Shown here piece after piece: positions 27,609 to 37,512 of a stretch of DNA of 64,000 bases. Source of the stretch: an uncultured Gammaproteobacteria bacterium (GTDB taxonomy: Bacteria; Patescibacteriota; Microgenomatia; JAUYPR01); the NCBI GenBank assembly GCA_964372495.1, contig CAYJQU010000002.1, positions 25,040 through 89,039 on the forward strand, written 5' to 3'. How positions within the stretch are numbered: position 1 is the stretch's first letter; every line of letters begins with the position of its first letter. The position numbers and the translations under genes are program-made. Under the pieces are notes generated by a model, which was not told the origin of the DNA, did not search any database, and saw nothing but the letters and a program-made list of their open reading frames with translations.

Positions 27609-28187
27609 CTAGGCTTCGAGCATCGCGTCCTCATCACCCAAAAGCACAACCCGCGGTTTCGCAAGGATTTCTAAGATAAATGGGTCTTTGCGCCGCTTGC
27701 GGAAGAGAAATTCCTCCTCGCTCATCACCGTATAATTAATCTCGGTCCCCCGCCGCGCCTCCTCCTCGCGCACCAGTGCCGCAAGCTCCGGCAGTACTAT
27801 GTTTCCTACCGCCAACAGGTTCACATCATTCGGCCCTAACGGTTTCCCCTGCACGAAGCCGGCAGCAAGCATGGCGTACTTGATCTTGCCGAGTTTACCG
27901 CGGTGCTTGATGATATTGCCGCCCAGGTGTTGAATTTTTGCTGTCATGCGCATGAGCTCAGGATAGAGTACGTAGCTGCGTTGGAGTTCGTAGTACCGTC
28001 GGTTGGCACGCCACTCACTCCGCAGCAGTCCTGTCTTCTCAAGACGCGCAAGCTCCCTGCGCACCGCATTAATCTCCTCCTCCACCTGACGCACGATCTC
28101 GCGCACATGGTATATTTGGCCAGGATTCCCGAAGAACAGCTGGAACATCTTGACGCGAACTTTAGAAACGATAAGATCTGCAAGCAT
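27609..28187 (-). CDS. Putative winged-helix transcriptional regulator
   Basis: N-terminal wHTH-like segment (IYHVREIVRQVEEEINAVRRELARLEKTGLL). Its stop abuts the start of the YfhO-like gene. Confidence 0.45.
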   Translation of the reverse strand: MLADLIVSKVRVKMFQLFFGNPGQIYHVREIVRQVEEEINAVRRELARLEKTGLLRSEWRANRRYYELQRSYVLYPELMRMTAKIQHLGGNIIKHRGKLGKIKYAMLAAGFVQGKPLGPNDVNLLAVGNIVLPELAALVREEEARRGTEINYTVMSEEEFLFRKRRKDPFILEILAKPRVVLLGDEDAMLEA

Positions 28188-28226
28188 CTGCTACTCCTTT
28201 GTATATAATTTTGGAGGGCAGCAAGT

Positions 28227-29423
28227 TTATTTAATAACGAGCGATATATTCCCCTTAGGCAGAGTATGGATCCATATTGGTCCACGGGTTAACTCAATTT
28301 CTTTGCCAGTTTTATCTTTGTAGCGGGTGCGGTCTTCTCGGCTTGCCTTGTGCCATTTGCCGTCAATCACTTTCCCGTCACGTAATATCTTAACCACCCC
28401 CTCGCCGGTGGTACTATACAGCAGATGTACATTCCCAGGATAGCCATCGTTGGCTCGAGATTCCTCCATGTATTGGATAATGACCGTACTTGCGACAAGC
28501 GGCTCTCCGGAGGTTGCATCCAGGTGTGACTTGCCGCCATTGACGCGATCATACCGATTCGTTTGCGGATTGTACTTCCACGTAACCTCAAACTGTTCAT
28601 CTTCCCAATAATTGAAGGTTGCTGAATTGGAGGCGGGCCGCTCCGACTGTGATGGGTCGTCTTTGAACTTCCATGGAGCAAACGCGCCGTCCCATTTTTT
28701 GCCCTTCTTGTCTACCTCCGTCAAACCTCGCTTTTTGGCAACATCCCACAGCTTCTGCAGATCTGCATACATCGTATGCTCGGTTGCCACACCGCGCGAA
28801 TAATCTCGCCAGAAAGTAGGAAATCCTATACTAAATTGATTCAAATCATTGTACCCTTCCCACCCATACTCTTTAATCTGGCCGATCGCATCAGCAGGAC
28901 CTGGCATATTGGCGCCGCCCACGTGCGCATACAGAGGACTGGCGCCATACTCAGAAACCCACTTCAAAAAGTACTCCCGCGCAGAGCGAACTGGCCCGAC
29001 AGTTAATGATTCATCGGGAACACAGTAGTACACAGCAAGAAACCGTGTGATTCCCCCCTCGGCAACTGCCTCGTACACTACATCTGCAAGCCCCAGCGCC
29101 ACTTGCGGCCGCGCTTCGATATGGTTTTCAATCATGACTCCCAACGGCCGGCGCTTCTCCCACGCTTCCCGCACTTTCTTGGGGTGTTTTGCGCCGTTTA
29201 AAGGACAAGTTTCTGTCTTTGCACCCGCAACATCGATTTTTTTGCCTATTGGGACGCCGCCGATACTCTCTGCTAGCGGTGAGGTGAAGCGGGCAGTTTT
29301 GCCCTGCCCAGCAGAGAACACAACGTAGGAAATACCGGTGGAAAGGCTATAGAGCGCAAGGACAGTCAGCAGAAGCACCGTCAGCCGTTTCGTGGGTGAA
29401 AGGTTTTCAAGCATCTGTGTCAA
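28227..29423 (-). CDS. DUF3048 (YerB-like) secreted/lipoprotein-type protein
   Basis: N-terminal transmembrane segment or signal peptide. IENHIEARPQVALGLADVVYEAVAEGGITRF matches the DUF3048 core as I remember it. Confidence 0.55.
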   Translation of the reverse strand: MTQMLENLSPTKRLTVLLLTVLALYSLSTGISYVVFSAGQGKTARFTSPLAESIGGVPIGKKIDVAGAKTETCPLNGAKHPKKVREAWEKRRPLGVMIENHIEARPQVALGLADVVYEAVAEGGITRFLAVYYCVPDESLTVGPVRSAREYFLKWVSEYGASPLYAHVGGANMPGPADAIGQIKEYGWEGYNDLNQFSIGFPTFWRDYSRGVATEHTMYADLQKLWDVAKKRGLTEVDKKGKKWDGAFAPWKFKDDPSQSERPASNSATFNYWEDEQFEVTWKYNPQTNRYDRVNGGKSHLDATSGEPLVASTVIIQYMEESRANDGYPGNVHLLYSTTGEGVVKILRDGKVIDGKWHKASREDRTRYKDKTGKEIELTRGPIWIHTLPKGNISLVIK

Positions 29424-29943
29424 TTGCGTAGGCTACAGCCACATCAGACGTGGCTACCGCTTTTTCTTCCTCCTCTGATAGTGCGTGCTGTAGTCCTTTG
29501 CCATTACGCACTGCTTTTGCATAAACTCGTGTACCTGCTCGACTATGCAAACTGCTTACGACTAACCCGTTCTTATTCGCATCCAAGAACGCGGCTACAA
29601 AGCTTTGATCACCACCCGTTTCTTCAAACGGATTAAATCGCACAAACCCGATATGTTGTATATGCACCCGTCCCTCGTACCGCAGCTTCTCAAGCGCAGT
29701 TTCCGCCTTGGACAGGTTCTCTGCCAGGGCCTCCTGTCGTCGGAGCACTCGCTCTAGGATATCCTGCAGGTGTTCTCCCTTACTTCCAACAACAAGCCGC
29801 CGGTAGTGACCTACCGTTCGCACCAGACACCACGTCAGTACGACCGCCCAGACCACCAGTGCCCCCAGTGCAATAAGAAACAACGCGCTGCCTGAGGTCC
29901 CCAGTAAGCTTGGAAACATTTTTCCCTCGATGCAGATTAGCAA
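29407..29943 (-). CDS. DUF4446 family protein
   Basis: N-terminal transmembrane segment and a coiled region. GFVRFNPFEETGGDQSFVAAFLD is DUF4446-like. Confidence 0.55.
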   Translation of the reverse strand: MLICIEGKMFPSLLGTSGSALFLIALGALVVWAVVLTWCLVRTVGHYRRLVVGSKGEHLQDILERVLRRQEALAENLSKAETALEKLRYEGRVHIQHIGFVRFNPFEETGGDQSFVAAFLDANKNGLVVSSLHSRAGTRVYAKAVRNGKGLQHALSEEEEKAVATSDVAVAYAIDTDA

Positions 29944-29984
29944 AGCAGCTGGCGCATGTCAATGGATTTTGCTACAGTACCCGT

Positions 29985-30239
29985 ATGCCCAGACGTACGC
30001 GCGAGCAAAAAGTACGAGCTGCCAAACGGCAGGTAGTAACCAGATCAGCTCCTGCGGTGACTCCGCCGAGCGAGCCAAAGGAGTATCATTTCCAGACTCC
30101 CCCAACATCTCCTATTGTGACCCCAGCCGATCTGAGTGCAATACGGAAGGACCTGGTAAAAATTGCTATCCTGACGCTGCTGGCGACAGCAGCTCAAGGC
30201 GGGCTTTACCTATTCGGCCTACCGGCGTTTGCGCGATAG
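29985..30239 (+). CDS. Hypothetical small protein with C-terminal transmembrane helix (84 aa)
   Basis: Basic, Pro-rich N-terminal half and a hydrophobic C-terminus. It occupies the gap between divergent genes. Confidence 0.3.
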   Translation: MPRRTREQKVRAAKRQVVTRSAPAVTPPSEPKEYHFQTPPTSPIVTPADLSAIRKDLVKIAILTLLATAAQGGLYLFGLPAFAR

Positions 30240-30360
30240 CCCTGCCACCCATCCGGTGACAAAGCCGCCGATATGCGCAAACCATGCTATGCCGCCGGAG
30301 GCAGTAGCCTCCAGGGTACGGAAAAATACTGCCCGGATGTGAATCTTTCAGCGGAATCAT

Positions 30361-31890
30361 TTAGTGTTCCTGTGCCTGGCGATACTGGAGAGCCTCGGAA
30401 AGATGCGTAAGTTCGAGCTCTCCGCTCCCGGCCAAATCTGCAATCGTCCTGGCCACTTTCAGGACGCGGTGGTATGCGCGGGCAGACAGGCGCATTTTTG
30501 CAATCGCCAAGCGCATCATGGCAAGCGACTCTTTGTCCAGTTGCGCAAACTTGGCTAGCTCCTTGCTACCCATCTCCGCATTACACGTAAGTGAGGTGCC
30601 AACAAACCGCTTCGTTTGGGTGTCTCGTGCCTTTTGCACCCGGCGGCGAATCTCCCGTGATGACTCGGCGTTAGCATCTCTTGCCGTCAACTTTTCTTCC
30701 TGTACCGCGGGCACTTGTACGTGCATGTCTATCCGATCCAAGATAGGACCTGAGAGCCTTTTTTGATACCGTAAAATATGGTGCGGCGTGCACACACACG
30801 TTTTGGTCGTATCCCCCAGGTACCCGCAGGGGCATGGATTGGCAGCTGCTATGAGGGTAAATTTACTAGGGAACTGATAGGTGCCTGAAGCCCGGGACAC
30901 CGTGACCGATCCATCTTCCAGTGGCTGGCGGAGCGCTTCAAGTACGTTGCGATGGAATTCTGGAAATTCATCCAAAAACAACACGCCGCGATGTGCCAGA
31001 CTAATCTCTCCTGGCTTTGGGTAGTTACCACCGCCAATCAGGCCCACATAACTCGTGGTGTGATGCGGCGAGCGAAACGGTCGCACGCGCAGCACTGGCT
31101 GGCCATAGGGAAGTAAGCCAGAGATGCTGTAGATGCGAGTAACCTCAAACATCTCCTCATGGGTCAGCGCTGGCAATATAGAGGGAAACGCACGTGCAAG
31201 CATCGTTTTTCCCGCTCCCGGAGGCCCCTGGAGGATGAGGTTGTGACCGCCGGCCGCAGAGATCTCCAGCGCCCGCTTTGCATGCTCCTGCCCACGCACG
31301 TCGGCAAAATCCAGCTCTGCCTCTTCGTTTTCGTCCAACGCGTCCAGCGAAAGGGGAGGATGGGCAGTGATAGGGGAGGCTCCGGTGAGGTGATGAAAAA
31401 CCGACAAGAGATGTTCCACTGGATACACCTCTACACCAGCAACGAGAGCCGCTTCTTTCGCATTGGCCGCTGGCACGAACACGCGAGCAAATGTGTGCTC
31501 CTTTGCCATCAACACCAACGGGAGCGTACCGGGGACAGGACGGACGCTTCCATCAAGAGACAGCTCGCCGAATACAACCGCATCGCTTACATCTGCTTGC
31601 ACCTGGCCACTTGCAAGCAGTACCCCAAGCGCAATGGGCAAATCATACGCCGGCCCCTCCTTGGGGAGATCGGCAGGGGCAAGATTAACCGTTATCCGTT
31701 TGGATGGAAAATCGGCACCTGCATTTTTGACCGCGGCGCGCACTCGGTCCCGTGACTCCTCGACCGCCTTGTCTGGCAGCCCCACAATAGCAAAGGCAGG
31801 CAAGGACTGTGCCACGACGTCCACCTCCACCGTTATTGGCACACAGGAAAGTCCTACCGTTGCACCAGAATTAATCTTTGCGAGCACCAG
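30361..31890 (-). CDS. comM: Mg-chelatase-like AAA+ ATPase YifB/ComM
   Basis: [13 protein letters not shown]-terminus, Walker A GPPGAGKT, a ChlI-like core and a C-terminal Lon-protease-like fold. The track ORF starts at a TTG inside the zwf 3' end, so the true start is probably the V/L a few codons later. Confidence 0.85.
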   Translation of the reverse strand: MVLAKINSGATVGLSCVPITVEVDVVAQSLPAFAIVGLPDKAVEESRDRVRAAVKNAGADFPSKRITVNLAPADLPKEGPAYDLPIALGVLLASGQVQADVSDAVVFGELSLDGSVRPVPGTLPLVLMAKEHTFARVFVPAANAKEAALVAGVEVYPVEHLLSVFHHLTGASPITAHPPLSLDALDENEEAELDFADVRGQEHAKRALEISAAGGHNLILQGPPGAGKTMLARAFPSILPALTHEEMFEVTRIYSISGLLPYGQPVLRVRPFRSPHHTTSYVGLIGGGNYPKPGEISLAHRGVLFLDEFPEFHRNVLEALRQPLEDGSVTVSRASGTYQFPSKFTLIAAANPCPCGYLGDTTKTCVCTPHHILRYQKRLSGPILDRIDMHVQVPAVQEEKLTARDANAESSREIRRRVQKARDTQTKRFVGTSLTCNAEMGSKELAKFAQLDKESLAMMRLAIAKMRLSARAYHRVLKVARTIADLAGSGELELTHLSEALQYRQAQEH

Positions 31891-33406
31891 TTCCCCCCGT
31901 ATGCACGTCGCACACTCGCAGGGCAAACGTCAGCCACGCCCGCTCATCTTGGGTGATCAGCTTCTCAAACTGCCGCGGGCCCCAGGTGCCAGCTTTATAA
32001 ACAGAGAGTCCTCGCCCCTTTTGCCCGCTTCGCCGCGAGGCGAGTTTCTCCCAATAGCTCAACAGCGGGTCCACGAAGCGCCAGGATGCCTCTACCTCGT
32101 CGATATGCGTAAATAGGGTCTGATCTCCATGCATTGCATTTAAAAGGAGCGTATCATACGCCTCATGCAGGGATTCCTCGCTACGCATCTGTGTATAACA
32201 ATAACTCATCTCTGTCTGCTGAAGATCCCTTCCATGTCCCAATCTTTTGACGTTTAACCGTACCGACACCCCTTCATCAGGCTGGATACGCATGGTTAAA
32301 ATGTTACTTTCTTGAACAGAACCCGCCCCAAACAAGTGTTGGGCTGCGGGGTTAAATTGGATGTTGATCTCGGTTACGCGGGCAGGGAACCGTTTCCCGG
32401 TCCGTAGATAAAACGGCACCGTGCGCCAGCGGGGGAGTCCCAGGGACACTTTAAGCGCGACTGCTGTCTCGGTAGTAGAAGAAGGGGACACGTGTGGTTC
32501 GTGGCGGTAGTCTGCGTACTGTCCCCGCACTACATGGCGTAAATCAATAGGGGAGAGGGCCGCCAGCACTTCTGCTCGACGACGCCGTACCGCTTGCGCA
32601 GTAAAGCTATCTGGCACATCCATCGCAACATGCGCCAGAAGCTGCAGCAAATGGTTTTGTAGCATGTCTCGCGTCGCCCCGGCTTTTTCGTAGTACTCGC
32701 CCCGATCTTCCACCCCCAAGACTTCAGCTACTGTTATCTGCACATGGTCGATAAACTCACTGTTCCAAGTTGGCTCAAAGAGGCCGTTGGCAAACCGAAA
32801 TGCAAGTATATTCTGTACTGTTTCCTTTCCAAGGTAATGGTCGATGCGGTAAATCTGCTCCTCGCGAAAGATACTTGAGAGCTTGGCGTTCAGCTCCAAA
32901 GCGCTACGCAAATCGTGTCCAAACGGCTTCTCCACAATAACGCGGGTCCAGGACCGTGGGTCAGCACACATCGTCGAAAGCAAGCTCCTCTGAAAGTTCT
33001 CAAAAATAGCCGCATAATACCGCGGAGCGATAGCTAAGTAAAACAGTTTCGGGCGACAGCGGTGGCTCTCCTTATCAATTGTATGCAAGACGTTTGCCAA
33101 CCGCTTGTAATCACCTGTATCCGTAAACTCAAGCGGCACATAGCGCATGCCTTGGGTAAGCTTTTTCCACGCATGCTCTTCATATGAGTTGCCAGTGGCT
33201 TTGACAATAGCCTCGCATGCAAGGTCGCGGAACGCCTCGTCCGAAAGCGGCCGGCGCGCCGCACCAACCAGGGTAAAGTGCTTCGGCAAATACTCCTCGC
33301 AGGCCAGGTGATACAGTGCAGGAAATAATTTCCGCTGTGTTAGATCGCCAGTCGCTCCAAACACAACCATCGTGATCGGTTCAACCGGCGTTGCGTCTAT
33401 AGCCAT
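31871..33406 (-). CDS. zwf: Glucose-6-phosphate 1-dehydrogenase
   Basis: [18 protein letters not shown]-binding N-terminus and the RIDHYLGKE active-site motif. Confidence 0.9.
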   Translation of the reverse strand: MAIDATPVEPITMVVFGATGDLTQRKLFPALYHLACEEYLPKHFTLVGAARRPLSDEAFRDLACEAIVKATGNSYEEHAWKKLTQGMRYVPLEFTDTGDYKRLANVLHTIDKESHRCRPKLFYLAIAPRYYAAIFENFQRSLLSTMCADPRSWTRVIVEKPFGHDLRSALELNAKLSSIFREEQIYRIDHYLGKETVQNILAFRFANGLFEPTWNSEFIDHVQITVAEVLGVEDRGEYYEKAGATRDMLQNHLLQLLAHVAMDVPDSFTAQAVRRRRAEVLAALSPIDLRHVVRGQYADYRHEPHVSPSSTTETAVALKVSLGLPRWRTVPFYLRTGKRFPARVTEINIQFNPAAQHLFGAGSVQESNILTMRIQPDEGVSVRLNVKRLGHGRDLQQTEMSYCYTQMRSEESLHEAYDTLLLNAMHGDQTLFTHIDEVEASWRFVDPLLSYWEKLASRRSGQKGRGLSVYKAGTWGPRQFEKLITQDERAWLTFALRVCDVHTGGTGARKD

Positions 33407-33515
33407 AGGGAACTGTGATCGCTTCTAAATTCCATACAAGGGCATCATACTAAAAGTAACCTCGTGGCTCAAACACTAAAAATACTAAACCGTGAGGTGT
33501 TAGAATTTAAGTACA

Positions 33516-34208
33516 ATGAGAGCTGCGATAGTAACAATTAAAGCGAGGCTACTGGGTTTGTTGCCCATGCTCCGTTTCGCTCTTATTGTTGCCTTTTTAG
33601 TATTAGTTCTGGTAGGGGAGTTGGTGGCAGCTGGGTATTTCTTGGTGCGCCAGTCTAGCTACTCCCCTGCCCCTACCGTTATTCCCCTACCTGCGCCGGT
33701 AGCGACTGCGCCGAGCCCAACCCCAACGCGAGCGCCAACTTCCTCACCTACCCCACCACCTCGGCAATTAGCTCCCGCTTCGCCTGCCGCCCGCCAAGCA
33801 CCAAAACCCCCTCCCCCAAAGACCTACAACTACACAAGCGACGATCTGTGGAAAGCGCTCGCTGACTACCGGTCAGCTCACCGGCGGTACCAGTTTAATA
33901 AAGATGACCGGCTGTGTGCAGTTGCACAGGATCGACTCCAGCAACTACTCAAGCTCGGAACACTGGATGCTCACAAAGGATTTAAGGAACGCTTTAGCAA
34001 CGACGAGGCTTTTCTCCAGGTTGGGTTTGCCAAGGTTGGCGAAAATTTGGCATCCGGATTTGAAACCGCGGTGAAAGTGATCGAATGGGGGTGGGATACC
34101 TCTACCGAAGGTCATCGTGAGGCGCAGCTTTCTGATGAGTATACCCACGCGTGCATCGCCACCTCGCAAGGCATCTCGGTCTTAACCCTCGGCGCCCAGC
34201 CGTTGTAG
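33516..34208 (+). CDS. Membrane-anchored protein with Pro-rich linker and possible CAP/SCP (YkwD-like) domain
   Basis: N-terminal transmembrane segment, PSPTPT-type linker and a C-terminal roughly 120-aa domain (LWKALADYRSAHRRYQF...YTHACIA) loosely resembling CAP domains. Confidence 0.4.
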   Translation: MRAAIVTIKARLLGLLPMLRFALIVAFLVLVLVGELVAAGYFLVRQSSYSPAPTVIPLPAPVATAPSPTPTRAPTSSPTPPPRQLAPASPAARQAPKPPPPKTYNYTSDDLWKALADYRSAHRRYQFNKDDRLCAVAQDRLQQLLKLGTLDAHKGFKERFSNDEAFLQVGFAKVGENLASGFETAVKVIEWGWDTSTEGHREAQLSDEYTHACIATSQGISVLTLGAQPL

Positions 34209-34274
34209 GGCAGTTAAAAAACAATTGCAAAACCGCCTATTTTCTGGTAGAATAAATACTGCCTGGGAGGGACA

Positions 34275-34600
34275 CGACACCGCTCCCCGTCGCTCCGACG
34301 GACGTCGGAGTTATGGTAGGAGAGGAAAGTCCAGACAGCAGAAGGCAGGGTGGTCCGATGTAACATCGGACAGCCGCAAGGTCTAGTTAGAGCAACAGTG
34401 ACGATTCGGGTGGCGCCGAGTGAAACGACCAAGCTTTTGGGGTCTTTGATTTGCTCCAAACGCATAAGGGTTTACCCTGAGCGAGCGAAGCGAGTCGAAG
34501 GGCAATCCTCCCCGCTGCAATCCTTGACCCGAACCGCCTGACGATGCCTTCCGAATGGTTCGAAAAAGGAGCATCCCGATGTATGTCGGGGCGGGTGTGA
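34275..34600 (+). ncRNA. rnpB: RNase P RNA (bacterial type A, reduced)
   Basis: GAGGAAAGUCCAGAC...AGAAGGCAGGGUGGUCCGAUGUAACAUCGGAC matches the universally conserved GGAAAGUCCGGGC...AGGGCAGGGUGCCAGGUAACGCCUGG block (P4 5' strand and the P5.1/P6 UAAC hairpin). GAGCAACAG is also present. A P3 hairpin CUCCGACGGACGUCGGAG is present. Candidate P1 pairing CCGCUCCCCG with CGGGGCGGG defines the ends. Confidence 0.75.
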
Positions 34601-34775
34601 CGATACACCATACCTGAGAGAGATGGTGTCTAACCATGTAAAACCGAGTCTGAATCGGTCCGTGGTGAAACAGAATCTGGCTTATGACCTCCCAGGCCCA
34701 GCACCGTTCAGTGCTGGGCAGGCACAAACCTTTACACAATTTGCTTCAATTCATTACAATAGAACAACACTACCT

Positions 34776-35792
34776 ATGACGAGCAAAGCGCCAGTTATCT
34801 CCATTGTAATTGCAGCACACAATGAGGAAGCGCTTCTGCCTATGTGCCTACAGTCCATCGCGGCCCAAGATTTTCCCTACCCATACGAGATCATCGTGGT
34901 AGACAATGCATCTTCCGACCGCACGGCCGAGATTGCAAAGTGCTATGGCGCAAGGGTCATTATTGAACCGCACCTTGGGCTCGCCCGCGCTTGCCGAACT
35001 GGATTCGCCTACGCCCGCGCCCCGATCATCGCTCGCACCGATGCAGACACCATTGTACCCACGCAATGGCTGCGCACGATCTCTACGTATTTTGCCCAGC
35101 ACCCGGAAGTGGTCGGCATCAGTGGCCCCACCTTCCCCCTGGAGTGCTCTCGCACTGCGAGTTTGTTCTTTTATCCAGCCAATGTGCTCTGGATGTATAT
35201 CGAGAAATTGCTTGGGAACGGCTTCTTCTTTGCCAATATGGCAGTGCGCAGAAACGCCTATTGCAAATCCGGAGGATTCGACCCAAGCTGCAAATTCGGT
35301 GAGGACGCAGGTATTGGGAAACGAGTCAGTAGCGTTGGTAAGGTAACTATGGTGCTGAGTATGTATATTTACGTCTCGATGCGACGGGTGAAAGCAATGG
35401 GGCTGTTTGCATACCTGACTACGTACGCAATCGCCAATTACATTCTTACCTGGATGTTGCGCAAAGACCCTATTGCCACCGAGCCGGTGCGCGTGGCACC
35501 GCGGTTTGCTACCGTGCCAAAACACCCCTACCTATACTTATGCACCCTCCCGGTGTCTCTCCTTGTGCTCTCAGGCACTGCCGGATTTCTCCAAACAACT
35601 CGAGGGGGGAGTATGGCACGAGAGGTTATTGCAGATACCAAAGGAGTCGTAACGCGCCAACAGGCAAACTTACGGCGCGGGGTTACTTTTATTAAAAACG
35701 TCAAGCAAAACAGTCTGCGCTACTACCAACACTGGAACCGCAAGGAGAGCTCCTACTACCCCAGCCAGTTTCCCCCCTACCATCAAAGCTAA
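34776..35792 (+). CDS. Family 2 glycosyltransferase
   Basis: ISIVIAAHNEE...IIVVDNASSDRT...DAD GT-A motifs. The start is moved to MTSKAPV because the track ORF's N-terminal 51 codons overlap rnpB. Confidence 0.75.
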   Translation: MTSKAPVISIVIAAHNEEALLPMCLQSIAAQDFPYPYEIIVVDNASSDRTAEIAKCYGARVIIEPHLGLARACRTGFAYARAPIIARTDADTIVPTQWLRTISTYFAQHPEVVGISGPTFPLECSRTASLFFYPANVLWMYIEKLLGNGFFFANMAVRRNAYCKSGGFDPSCKFGEDAGIGKRVSSVGKVTMVLSMYIYVSMRRVKAMGLFAYLTTYAIANYILTWMLRKDPIATEPVRVAPRFATVPKHPYLYLCTLPVSLLVLSGTAGFLQTTRGGSMAREVIADTKGVVTRQQANLRRGVTFIKNVKQNSLRYYQHWNRKESSYYPSQFPPYHQS

Positions 35793-36662
35793 GAGGGTAA
35801 CGAGCGGATGGAGTCCGACTGCGCGCTCCATCACTTTGGGTACGACAATGGTATTTTCCAACTGCTGTACCAAGAAATAGAGCGCACCAGTCGCTAGTGC
35901 AAGCACCGGAGACGTTGACAGCGCGATAAGGATGGCCGGAATCGCCGCGATGATAGGCCCAATAACCGGCAAGATCTCAAGGAGTCCCGCAAGAATCGCC
36001 AAGGGGAGCGCAAACTCCACCTTGAGCAACCACAGCCCGATATAACTTAACAGACCAATAAGGGTCATTAGGGTAAGCTCGCCTCGCACCCATGCACCAA
36101 GGCGGTCTTCAATTCTAAGAATCACGTTGTAGACTCGTTCATGGTTATCCCCTGCAATCAGTCGAGCCAGATGGTACTCGAGCCGGTGGCGCTCAAGCAA
36201 AAGATAGAACGTAAATACCGCAAGCGTTATGAGTCCTACCAGGTTACTAAATAGTCCGACCGACACCCGCACGATATTGCTGGACAGCGGCGCTATGTAC
36301 TCTTGCAGGAACGATGGGTCGATTGTCTGTGAACCAAACCCTAGTATCTGAGAAGCCTCGCTCACATACTCCGGAAGGCGGCCTAACAGCTTCACGCTCT
36401 GATCAATAAGCGGCGGTATGAGAAGCATCCCGATACCAGCAAGCACGCCAAGCACCAGGAAGTACACCAGGAGTATTGCAACGCCGCGCGGCACTCGAAG
36501 CCTCGTTATCCGTTCAACCAAGGGATGGGTCGCAGAAACGATGATCACCGCGACAAAGAGCGCGATGAGAATATCGATAACCTGATACACAAACCAGAGT
36601 AGTAGCCCAAACCCTGCAAGTAAAATAAGGGAACGGGTAGTAAATTCAATCCTGCGCTCCAC
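35670..36662 (-). CDS. AI-2E family transporter (PerM/YhhT, UPF0118)
   Basis: 8 transmembrane segments and a C-terminal NTIVVPKVMERAVGLHPLVTLLALMVG block typical of AI-2E. Confidence 0.8.
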   Translation of the reverse strand: MERRIEFTTRSLILLAGFGLLLWFVYQVIDILIALFVAVIIVSATHPLVERITRLRVPRGVAILLVYFLVLGVLAGIGMLLIPPLIDQSVKLLGRLPEYVSEASQILGFGSQTIDPSFLQEYIAPLSSNIVRVSVGLFSNLVGLITLAVFTFYLLLERHRLEYHLARLIAGDNHERVYNVILRIEDRLGAWVRGELTLMTLIGLLSYIGLWLLKVEFALPLAILAGLLEILPVIGPIIAAIPAILIALSTSPVLALATGALYFLVQQLENTIVVPKVMERAVGLHPLVTLLALMVGGKLAGVVGALLAVPVLVVAQTVLLDVFNKSNPAP

Positions 36663-36705
36663 TGTCTAAATACTCCTTGTTGATGCAGTAAGTGTACCAG
36701 ATATA

Positions 36706-37137
36706 TCAGAAGAAGTCATGTGTGCTCTCGTCCGGACTGCCAAATACGAAGCGGCTACCAGTCGGCCGTGCGTCGGGCAGGATTTTTTTAGGACGCCCAA
36801 CTCGCCTTCTCCGGCGATGATCAAGCAGTGGATACGCCATGCGGACGGCGCGCCACAGCGCACCATTTCCCTCTCGCAAACGCCTAATGGTACGCATAAC
36901 CGTATCAGTGCCCACCCCTGCCAAATCTGCAATCTCCCGCATGGGTTTTTCTTTTGCAACCAAACATGCCACATACCAGCGCCGTTTCATCATGCGGAAC
37001 TCTGAGTGGGTAAGTAAATCCTGTAATAGGTCCTGGAATCCTTTTGCATTCACCGCGGTCTTCGATAATACATCGAACAAGAGCTGTGTATCTCTACGAT
37101 ACGCAGTATGAAGCTCTTCTGTATCTGGCTTTGTCAT
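36706..37137 (-). CDS. TrpR-like YerC/YecD-family DNA-binding protein
   Basis: EFRMMKRRWYVACLV..MREIADLAGVGTDTVMR matches the YerC/YecD helix-turn-helix. The start is moved to ATG 37137 because the upstream codons are encoded by a 15-bp inverted repeat. Confidence 0.55.
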   Translation of the reverse strand: MTKPDTEELHTAYRRDTQLLFDVLSKTAVNAKGFQDLLQDLLTHSEFRMMKRRWYVACLVAKEKPMREIADLAGVGTDTVMRTIRRLREGNGALWRAVRMAYPLLDHRRRRRVGRPKKILPDARPTGSRFVFGSPDESTHDFF

Positions 37138-37138
37138 T

Positions 37139-37175
37139 ATGTATGGATACATAGTGTACTTATGTATCCATACAT
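37139..37175. promoter_or_regulatory. Inverted repeat ATGTATGGATACATA-N7-TATGTATCCATACAT (15-bp perfect arms) directly upstream of the yerC-like start
   Basis: Seen directly. It sits 2 nt upstream of the ATG, where an operator or translational hairpin would sit. Confidence 0.45.
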
Positions 37176-37217
37176 GTTGTACCACACTATACGTACACGT
37201 GACAACAAGGGAAGTAC

Positions 37218-37491
37218 CTAGCGCACAAGTTTCTTAAATGATTTTCCTGCGATGAACCCCGGCGTTTTTCTGCTCCCAATTTGAATGGGTGCGCCAGTCT
37301 GGGGGTTGCGGCCGCGCCGGGCAGCGCGCTGGCGAATGGTAAATGTTCCAAAGCCCGACAGTACCACCTTCTCCCCCCGCGCTACCGACACGCGGACCAT
37401 ATCGAGCATAGTATCCACCGCTTCACGGGTGGCGCGCTTGGTCAAATGCGCCTTTTTGGCAAGTTGTTCGATGAGCTGGTTTTTGGTCATC
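37218..37491 (-). CDS. hup: DNA-binding protein HU
   Basis: MTKNQLIEQLA...GFGTF..R.R.ARRGRNPQTG matches the HU/IHF signature. Confidence 0.85.
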
Positions 37492-37512
37492 ATTCCCTCC
37501 TTGTATGTATGG

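Noticed and set aside
34623-34775. N-terminal 51 codons of the track ORF 34623..35792
   Set aside because: They overlap the 3' part and flank of rnpB. The glycosyltransferase signature starts at MTSKAPVISIVIAAHNEE at about 34776, so the extension is a read-through artefact.
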